DNA from: Pseudomonadota bacterium
GTDB lineage: Bacteria; Pseudomonadota; Alphaproteobacteria; Caulobacterales; Caulobacteraceae
Direction: 5' to 3'
Length of the DNA stretch: 64,000 nucleotides
NCBI GenBank assembly: GCA_018241995.1
Contig: JAFECT010000010.1
Coordinates: 25,384-89,383 of the forward strand
The notes beneath the pieces were generated by a model that had not been told where the DNA came from, made no database searches, and saw only the letters and a list, made by a program, of their open reading frames with translations. Position numbers and translations under genes: made by a program. Positions 48,909 to 55,802 of this stretch are shown one piece after another (position 1 is the first letter of the stretch; every line of letters begins with the position of its first letter).

Positions 48909-50114
48909 ATGCGCCTGAAGATCACCAACGCCCGCATCTGGGACGGCTTCGCAGACGACTATGTGACGGAAGGCGACGTGCTGTGCATCGACGGCAAGAT
49001 CGCGGAGATCGGCAAGGTCTCGGGCGCGGGCGACCGCACCGTCGATCTGAAGGGCAAGGCGCTGCTGCCCGGCTTCATCGACTGCCACTTCCATGCCTAT
49101 GCGGCCGACGCCAACCTGGGCTGGGTCGATAGCCTGCCGGTCAGCTATCTGGCCCACCACGCGTCCAAGCTGCTCGGCGACGCGCTCGACCGCGGCTTCA
49201 CCACGATCCGCGACGCGGGGGGCGCCGACTGGGGCCTATGGCGGGCGATCGAGGACGGAGTGCTGCGCGGGCCGCGCCTGTTCTATTCGGAAAAGGCCCT
49301 GTCCCAGACCGGCGGCCACGGCGACGGCCGGGCTCAGCACATCGAGCCCTGCGGCTGCCGCCACATCGGCGGGCTGTCGATGGTGGTGGATGGGGTCGAC
49401 CAGGTGCGCCAGGCGGCGCGCGAGGCGTTCCGGCGCGGCGCCCATCAGATCAAGATCTTCACCTCCGGCGGCATCTCCTCGCCCACCGACCCGATCTGGA
49501 TGCAGCAGTTCTCGGCCGAGGAGATCCGCGCCATCGTCGAGGAGGCCGAGACCCGGCGCTCCTACGTCCTGTCGCACGCCTACACGCCCGGCGGCATCCG
49601 CCACGCCATCGACAACGGGGTCCGCTCCATCGAGCACGGCAACCTGTTGGACGAACCGACCGCCAAGCTGATGGCCGAGAAGGGCGCCTTCCTCGTGCCG
49701 ACCCTGATCACCTACGAGGCCCTGACCATCGAGGGCGCCCAGCTCGGCATGCCCCAGGCCCAGGTCGACAAGATCGGCGAGGTGGCGTCCAAGGGCGGCG
49801 AGGCGGTGCAGCATGCGCGCAAGGCCGGGGTGAAAATCGGCCTCGGCACCGATCTGCTCGGCGCCATGCACCGCTGGCAACTGCACGAGTTCCGCATGCG
49901 CGGCGCCGTCGACAAGCCCATCGATGTGCTGCGCTCGGCCACCAGCGTCAACGCTGAGCTGGTCCAGCGCCCGGGCGAGCTGGGCTGCGTGAAGGTCGGC
50001 GCCCTGGCGGATGTCTGCGCCTGGGAAGGCGATCCGCTCTCCGACCTCTCGACGATCTGGGAGAAGGGGCCGTCGCTGGTGGTCAAGGGCGGGGAGGTCA
50101 TGCGCGAAGCCTGA
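48909..50114 (+). CDS. Amidohydrolase family metallo-hydrolase
   Basis: 401 aa. It has an N-terminal composite domain, the metal-binding HxH motif (GFIDCHFHA), a later SHAY His, and a C-terminal GSLxxGKxAD-like motif, GCVKVGALADV. Confidence 0.8.
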   Translation: MRLKITNARIWDGFADDYVTEGDVLCIDGKIAEIGKVSGAGDRTVDLKGKALLPGFIDCHFHAYAADANLGWVDSLPVSYLAHHASKLLGDALDRGFTTIRDAGGADWGLWRAIEDGVLRGPRLFYSEKALSQTGGHGDGRAQHIEPCGCRHIGGLSMVVDGVDQVRQAAREAFRRGAHQIKIFTSGGISSPTDPIWMQQFSAEEIRAIVEEAETRRSYVLSHAYTPGGIRHAIDNGVRSIEHGNLLDEPTAKLMAEKGAFLVPTLITYEALTIEGAQLGMPQAQVDKIGEVASKGGEAVQHARKAGVKIGLGTDLLGAMHRWQLHEFRMRGAVDKPIDVLRSATSVNAELVQRPGELGCVKVGALADVCAWEGDPLSDLSTIWEKGPSLVVKGGEVMREA

Positions 50115-50128
50115 CCTCCCGCGGCGCG

Positions 50129-52090
50129 CTACTTCGCCGGGACCACCGGCAGCCACACCGCGCTCGACTTGTCGCCCTCGTGGAACACCTTGATCGTCGC
50201 CTTGCGGTAGTCGCCGGGCTTGGCGAAGAAGATGTTGTCGACATAGCTCTGCGGGTTGCGGTCGTAGAGCGGGAACAGGGTCGACTGCACCTGCACCATG
50301 ATGCGGTGGCCCGGCTCGAATACGTGGTTGGTGGTCGGCAGGCCGAACCGATAGCGCACCGGCTTGTTGGCCGGGATCGCGCTCGGGTGCTCGAAGCTTT
50401 CGCGATAGCGGCCGCGGAAGATGTCCAGCGACACCGCCAGCTGGTAGCCGCCCATCTCGGGCTGTGAGGGGACCTCGTCCGGATAAACGTCGATCAGCTT
50501 GACGATGAAGTCGCCGTCCGTGCCGGTGGTCGAGGCCCAGATGTCAGCCTGGGGCGCGCCGGAGATGCGCACAGGCTCTTTCAGGGGCTCGGTCTCGTAG
50601 ACGAGGACATCGGTGCGGTCGGCCACGAAGCGCTGGTCGGTCACCAGCCAGCGGCGCCAGGCGTCACCGTCGGCGAAGCGCACCGGCTGGGGCAGATAGG
50701 GCACGGGCTTCTGCGGATCGGAGACATAGGCGTCGAAGGCGGCCCCCTCGTCGCCCTTCTTCGCCGCCGCCGGCTGGCTCCAGCTCAGGCCTGAGCCCGC
50801 CGCCAGATAGATCGGCTTCATCGGCGCCGGGCAGCCCTGGTCGCAGGCCAGAGGCCAGTCCTTGAAGCGGTCCCAGTGGTTCTCGCCGGTGTTGTAGATG
50901 AACACGTGTGGGGTGTCGGCCTTGGGGGCGCCGTCCTTCAGGTACTGGTCGAAGAAGGGCTTGAGCACGTCGCGGCGGTACTGCAGGGCGGTGTCGCCGT
51001 CCCACTTCAACGGGCCCAGGTTATAGGCGTCGTAGTTGACCTGGCTGTGCCGCCAGGGGCCCATCACCAAGTAGTTGTGGTCGCCCGCCCCGGCGGCCTT
51101 CAGCGCCGTCCAGCTGTGGATCGCGCCCCACATGTCCTCCTGGTCCCATAGGCCCTGCTCCCAGATGGTCGGCACCTTGGGCGGGTGGGCGGCGATCAGC
51201 TTGTCCAGCGCCTGGCCCTGCCAGAAGGCGTCATACGCCGGGTGCTGCGAGACCCGCTTCCACCAGGGGAACTGGTCGAAGCCGTGGGCCTTGGCCCAGT
51301 CGCCGGCCGAGCCGGTGCGCAGCAAGGCGGTGTAGTCGTCATAGGCCCCGCGCTGGGTCGGCTCGCCGCCGCCGCGCTTGGACATCTGGCCGGTGAAATA
51401 GTCGAAGTTGGGCTGGCGGAAGGCGCCGTAGTGGAACCAGTCGTCGCCCATCCAGCCGTCGACCATCGGGCTCTCGGGCGCCGCGACCTTCAGCGCCGGG
51501 TGCGGGTCCAGGAGCGCCATCACCACGGTGAAGCCCTCGTAGGACGAGCCCACCATCCCGACCTTGCCGTTGGACTCCGGCGTGTTCTTGACCAGCCAGT
51601 CGATGGTGTCCCAGGCGTCTGTGACGTGGTCGGTCTGGGTCGGGTTCAGCGGCCCCCGCGGCGGGCGGGTCATGACGTAGTCCCCCTCCGACCCGTACTT
51701 GCCGCGCACGTCCTGGAACACGCGGATATAGCCGTCCTGGACGAACAGCTCGTCGCCCTGGGGCAGGGCCGAGAGCATGTGCGGGCTGTCGTTGCGCATC
51801 ACCCGCTTGGCGGCGTTGTAAGGGGTGCGGGTCAGAAGGATCGGGGCGTTGTGGGCGCCCTTGGGGATGATGATGACTGTGTAGAGCTTCACCCCGTCGC
51901 GCATCGGCACCATCACCTCGCGCTTGATGTAGTCGTAGGCGTCGGTCGGGGCCTTGTAGGTCCCGGTGATGTCGCCGCCCGGGTTGGGGAACTGCATCGA
52001 GGGGTCGGTGGGAGGCGCCGACTGAGCCGCGGCGGCGCCGGCGACGAGCAACAGGGCCGAGGCCGCGCAGGCCAGGTTGGAAAACCGCAT
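50129..52090 (-). CDS. CocE/NonD family hydrolase (S15 X-Pro dipeptidyl-peptidase-like), secreted
   Basis: The start MRFSNLACAASALLLVAGAAAAQS is at 52090; the track ORF is 39 codons longer. RDGVKLYTVIIIPK, LLTRTPYN, and the nucleophile motif GSSYEG are followed by a C-terminal beta-sandwich domain. Confidence 0.82.
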   Translation of the reverse strand: MRFSNLACAASALLLVAGAAAAQSAPPTDPSMQFPNPGGDITGTYKAPTDAYDYIKREVMVPMRDGVKLYTVIIIPKGAHNAPILLTRTPYNAAKRVMRNDSPHMLSALPQGDELFVQDGYIRVFQDVRGKYGSEGDYVMTRPPRGPLNPTQTDHVTDAWDTIDWLVKNTPESNGKVGMVGSSYEGFTVVMALLDPHPALKVAAPESPMVDGWMGDDWFHYGAFRQPNFDYFTGQMSKRGGGEPTQRGAYDDYTALLRTGSAGDWAKAHGFDQFPWWKRVSQHPAYDAFWQGQALDKLIAAHPPKVPTIWEQGLWDQEDMWGAIHSWTALKAAGAGDHNYLVMGPWRHSQVNYDAYNLGPLKWDGDTALQYRRDVLKPFFDQYLKDGAPKADTPHVFIYNTGENHWDRFKDWPLACDQGCPAPMKPIYLAAGSGLSWSQPAAAKKGDEGAAFDAYVSDPQKPVPYLPQPVRFADGDAWRRWLVTDQRFVADRTDVLVYETEPLKEPVRISGAPQADIWASTTGTDGDFIVKLIDVYPDEVPSQPEMGGYQLAVSLDIFRGRYRESFEHPSAIPANKPVRYRFGLPTTNHVFEPGHRIMVQVQSTLFPLYDRNPQSYVDNIFFAKPGDYRKATIKVFHEGDKSSAVWLPVVPAK

Positions 52091-52216
52091 CCCAAAGTCC
52101 TCCCCTAAATCACGGGCGCAGTCGTGGCAGGCGGGAAAGCGCTCCGCAAGTGCGGCGCAGCCAGCCTTTGCAATAAGTCTTGCGCGTTCCGAAGGTTGGG
52201 CACACATTCACTTTTT

Positions 52217-52252
52217 GAAAGCCTTCACGCGCTCAGATCGCGGAAGGCTTTC
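52217..52252. promoter_or_regulatory. Perfect 10-bp inverted repeat in the divergent promoter region upstream of the GCH-II-like gene
   Basis: GAAAGCCTTC (52217..52226), N16, then GAAGGCTTTC (52243..52252). It ends 30 nt before the ATG at 52282. Its role (operator or RNA hairpin) is unknown. Confidence 0.4.
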
Positions 52253-52281
52253 GCCGTTCAGGAGGCGCAAGATCGCGCACC

Positions 52282-53538
52282 ATGACGCTTAATCGTACGG
52301 GCCATATCCGGCTCACGTCGCATCCCGGGACCGGCGCAGAGTCCCGCTTTCCCATCCACTGGGGCGCAGAGACCGCCGAGGCCCGAGGCCCGGTGATCGC
52401 CACCGTCAACGCCGGGCACGAACGCAACGCCATCGGCGCGCACGGCGGCTCCTATTCGGTCTATCGGGCGCTGGCCATCTCGTCGGGCGCGATGAACCCG
52501 CTGGTCCGTCCCGACCTGCACAACACCTCGCCGGTGGTGCAGTTCGGCCCGCATCCGCAGTGGAAGACGCCGGGCAAGATCGTCTCGCTCGATCCATGGG
52601 GCGCCATGGTCGCCGACTGCTTCGGCAAGGCCATCGGCGAGGGCGTCGATATCCGCCCGACCATCGCCGTGACGAAGGCGCGCCTGACCCTGCCCGAGAT
52701 CAGCCAGGCCATCGACGCCGGCCGGCTGAAGATCGACGGCGACGTGCTGCACGACACCCGCGACGTCTCGGTGATCAAGGCGGCGGTCGATCCGGTCTGG
52801 TGGCTGCCTGGCATCGCCGAGCGCTTCGGCGTGGACGAGACCCAGCTGCGCCGCACCCTCTTCGAAGAGACTGGTGGCATGTACCCCGAGCTGGTCACCC
52901 GGCCGGACCTGCAGGTGTTCCTGCCGCCGATCGGGGGCATGACGCTCTACATCTTCGGCGACCCGGCCAAGATCGGCGATCGCCGCTATCGCCTGACCTG
53001 CCGGGTGCACGACGAGTGCAACGGCTCCGACGTGTTCGGCTCCGACATCTGTACCTGCCGCCCCTACCTCACCCACGGGATCGAGGAGTGCGTGCAGGAG
53101 GCGCAGAACGGCGGCGCCGGGCTTATCGTCTACAATCGCAAGGAAGGCCGCGCGCTCGGCGAAGTGACCAAGTTCCTGGTCTACAATGCCCGCAAGCGCC
53201 AGAAGGGCGGCGACCAAGCCGCGACCTATTTCGAGCGCACCGAGTGCGTGGCCGGGGTGCAGGACGCCAGGTTCCAGCAGCTGATGCCCGACATCATCCA
53301 CTGGCTGGGCATTACCCGCATCGACCGCTTCGTCTCCATGTCGAACATGAAGTACGACGCCCTGGCCGGCTCCGGCATCGAGATCGGCGAGCGCGTGCCA
53401 ATCCCCGACGGCTTGGTCCCGCCCGACGCCTCGGTCGAGATGGAAGCCAAGAAGGCGGCCGGCTACTTCACGCCGGACGCCAAGCCGACGCAGAAAGAGC
53501 TGAAACGGGTCAAGGGTCGCGACCTCGACAAGTTCTAG
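52282..53538 (+). CDS. GTP cyclohydrolase II-like protein with a long N-terminal extension (URC1-like)
   Basis: 418 aa. The C-terminal half carries the RibA-type zinc/catalytic motifs RVHDECNGSDVFGSDICTCRPYL and YNRKEGRALG. A roughly 200-aa N-terminal domain is not found in RibA. Confidence 0.8.
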   Translation: MTLNRTGHIRLTSHPGTGAESRFPIHWGAETAEARGPVIATVNAGHERNAIGAHGGSYSVYRALAISSGAMNPLVRPDLHNTSPVVQFGPHPQWKTPGKIVSLDPWGAMVADCFGKAIGEGVDIRPTIAVTKARLTLPEISQAIDAGRLKIDGDVLHDTRDVSVIKAAVDPVWWLPGIAERFGVDETQLRRTLFEETGGMYPELVTRPDLQVFLPPIGGMTLYIFGDPAKIGDRRYRLTCRVHDECNGSDVFGSDICTCRPYLTHGIEECVQEAQNGGAGLIVYNRKEGRALGEVTKFLVYNARKRQKGGDQAATYFERTECVAGVQDARFQQLMPDIIHWLGITRIDRFVSMSNMKYDALAGSGIEIGERVPIPDGLVPPDASVEMEAKKAAGYFTPDAKPTQKELKRVKGRDLDKF

Positions 53539-53539
53539 A

Positions 53540-53730
53540 ATCCTTCTCCCCTTGCGGGGGAAGGATGGGCCCCACGAGCCGCAGGCGAGTGGGAGGATGG
53601 GGGGTCTCGCGAAGCTCTCGGAGTTCAGCGCCCTTCACCAGCGCCCGTGTCGGATGGGGCGGTTCGAACCCCCCATCCTCCCGTTGCTCCGCAACGGGTC
53701 CCATCCTTCCCCCGCAAGGGGGGGAAGGAT
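53540..53730. repeat. Roughly 190-bp nested palindromic intergenic element (MITE/REP-like) between the URC1-like and DUF1688 genes
   Basis: The left arm (53540..53605) and the reverse complement of the right arm (53668..53730) share ATCCTTC(T/C)CCCC..TTGCGGGGGAAGGATGGG and GGGAGGATGGGGGGT. Each arm also contains its own hairpin, for example TCCTTCCCCC-gcaa-GGGGGGGAAGGA and CCCGTTGC-tcc-GCAACGGG. Confidence 0.8.
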
Positions 53731-53735
53731 CCAGA

Positions 53736-54977
53736 ATGGAGGGCCGATTGGCCGCATTGGACGACACCGCCGCCGCCCGCAGCCTGCTCTCCGCCGCCGC
53801 TGTGCGCGAGCGGGGGCATGAGGTGCTGCAGGCCGGGATAGCGGGTGATCTTGCCCACTGGACTGTGAGCCTCGACCGCCTGCCCTCGGTGGCCGCCTTC
53901 GTCGCTTCGGTGGTCCGCGACCAGTACCCGACGCTCGAGGTCCCGTTTCACGCCCGCTGGCGCCATTTCGTCGTCGGCGACCGTGACCTGTGGGCCGAAG
54001 CGAAGACGCCGGAAGATCGCGACGCCAAGGCCCGCGCCGCCTTCGACCTGGCCATCGTCTCGGTGCTGCTGGACGCGGGCGCCGGCATGGGCTGGCGCTT
54101 CCGCGATGAGGGGACCGGCGCCGAGCTCAGCCGCTCCGAGGGTCTGGCCATCGCCAGCTTCCGCCTGTTCGAGCAAGGCGCCCTTTCGGCCGGCGCCGAT
54201 CCGCTACGCGCGGACGCTTCGAGCCTCGCCGGGCTGGAGAAGGGCGTGCTGGCCGACGGCTTCCAAGTCTCGGACGCCAATCCTCTGATCGGCCTCGACG
54301 GCCGCGCGGCCCTGCTGCGGCGGCTGGGCAACCAGGCCGAGGCTCGGCCCGACCTGTTCGCGACCAGGGACACCGCCCGCCCCGGCGGCCTCTACGACGC
54401 CATCGTCGCGCGCGCCGACGGGCGGCGCGTGCCCGGGCCGTTGATCCTCGAAGTGCTGCTCGAGGCGCTCGGCCCGATCTGGGAAGGGCGGCTGGAACTG
54501 GGCGGCCTGCCGCTCGGCGACTGCTGGCGCCATTCGGCGATCAAGAGGTCGGACGCCAGCAACGGCCTCGTTCCGCTGCACAAGCTCTCGCAGTGGCTTT
54601 CCTATTCCCTGGTCGAGCCGCTGCAGGCGGCAGGCTATGAGGTCAGCGACCTCGACGGCTTGACGGGGCTGGCGGAATACCGCAACGGCGGGCTGTTCTT
54701 CGACGCCGGCCTCCTGGCGCTGCGCGACCCCGCCGATGCGGGCCGGCGCCATGCGGTGGGCGAAGAACTGGTGGTGGGCTGGCGGGCCATGACCGTGGCG
54801 CTGCTGGACCGCATCGCGCCGCTGGTGCGCGAAAAGCTCGGCGTCTCGGCTTCCGGCTTCCCGCTGGCGCGGGTGCTGGAGGGCGGCACCTGGGCGGCGG
54901 GCCGACGCCTGGCGAAACAGAACCGGTCCGACGGCGGCCCGCCGCTGAAGATCGATAGCGACGGCACGGTGTTCTGA
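53736..54977 (+). CDS. DUF1688 family protein (URC4-like)
   Basis: The start [10 protein letters not shown] is at 53736; the 805-aa track ORF is an over-extension through the repeat and over the upstream gene. Motifs [44 protein letters not shown] and [12 protein letters not shown] match my memory of DUF1688/URC4. Confidence 0.75.
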   Translation: MEGRLAALDDTAAARSLLSAAAVRERGHEVLQAGIAGDLAHWTVSLDRLPSVAAFVASVVRDQYPTLEVPFHARWRHFVVGDRDLWAEAKTPEDRDAKARAAFDLAIVSVLLDAGAGMGWRFRDEGTGAELSRSEGLAIASFRLFEQGALSAGADPLRADASSLAGLEKGVLADGFQVSDANPLIGLDGRAALLRRLGNQAEARPDLFATRDTARPGGLYDAIVARADGRRVPGPLILEVLLEALGPIWEGRLELGGLPLGDCWRHSAIKRSDASNGLVPLHKLSQWLSYSLVEPLQAAGYEVSDLDGLTGLAEYRNGGLFFDAGLLALRDPADAGRRHAVGEELVVGWRAMTVALLDRIAPLVREKLGVSASGFPLARVLEGGTWAAGRRLAKQNRSDGGPPLKIDSDGTVF

Positions 54978-55020
54978 CGCGCTTCGTCAGCACACGGACG
55001 AGAGACGAAGGGGGAGAGCG

Positions 55021-55662
55021 ATGGCGAAGTCTATGCAGGGCGTGAAGGTGTGCGACCACCCGCTGGTGCAGCACAAGCTGACCCTGATGCGCGACAAGGA
55101 TACGCCCACCGCAACCTTCCGGGCCCTGCTGCGCGAAATCTCCATGCTGCTCTGCTACGAGGTCACGCGGGACCTGGAGCTGGAGCGGGTCGAGATCGAG
55201 ACGCCGGTCGCGGCCATGACCGCCAACAAGGTGGCCGGCAAGAAGCTGGTGTTCGCGCCGATCCTGCGCGCTGGCGTGGGCCTGCTGGACGGCATGCTCG
55301 ACCTGGTGCCCTCGGCCCGGGTGGCCCACATCGGCCTCTACCGCGACCCCAAGACGCTGACGGCGGTGGAATACTACTTCAAGGCCCCTAGCGACCTGGC
55401 CGAGCGCATGATCATCGTCATCGACCCGATGCTGGCCACCGCCGGCACGGCGGTCGCGGCGGTGGAGCGGCTGAAGGAGCGCGGCGCCAACAACATCCGC
55501 CTGGTCTGCCTGGTCGCCGCGCCCGAGGGCGTCGAGCACTTCCGCGCCAACCACCCGGACGTGCCGATCTGGACGGCTTCGGTGGACGAGAAGCTGAACG
55601 ACCACGGCTATATCGTGCCGGGCCTGGGCGATGCCGGTGACCGCCTGTTCGGCACGCGTTGA
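55021..55662 (+). CDS. upp: Uracil phosphoribosyltransferase
   Basis: 213 aa. It has [13 protein letters not shown], the PRPP-binding motif [11 protein letters not shown], and the C-terminal [16 protein letters not shown]. Confidence 0.95.
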   Translation: MAKSMQGVKVCDHPLVQHKLTLMRDKDTPTATFRALLREISMLLCYEVTRDLELERVEIETPVAAMTANKVAGKKLVFAPILRAGVGLLDGMLDLVPSARVAHIGLYRDPKTLTAVEYYFKAPSDLAERMIIVIDPMLATAGTAVAAVERLKERGANNIRLVCLVAAPEGVEHFRANHPDVPIWTASVDEKLNDHGYIVPGLGDAGDRLFGTR

Positions 55663-55802
55663 GTGCAGCGATAAGACCTGGGCCCACCTTACCGATAATT
55701 AATTCACCTGCGACGAAACCCGCGCTTGGCGTTCCCGCCCTGCGGGCATAGCGTCCGCGGCCGTCGTCGGCGTTTAGTGGCCGGCCGTGTTCGGGGATTT
55801 CC

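Noticed and set aside
53641-53680. A tRNA-like T-loop sequence, GGTTCGAACC, flanked by a GGATGGGG/CCCCATCC stem.
   Set aside because: It lies in the centre of the palindromic repeat. There are no acceptor, D or anticodon arms around it, and the loop is 11 nt. It is not a tRNA gene.
52560-54977. An 805-aa ORF that appears to fuse a long N-terminal region to the DUF1688 protein.
   Set aside because: The first 392 codons overlap the GCH-II-like gene in another frame and read through the palindromic repeat, giving Arg/Pro-rich nonsense. Recognisable DUF1688 sequence begins at the ATG at 53736.
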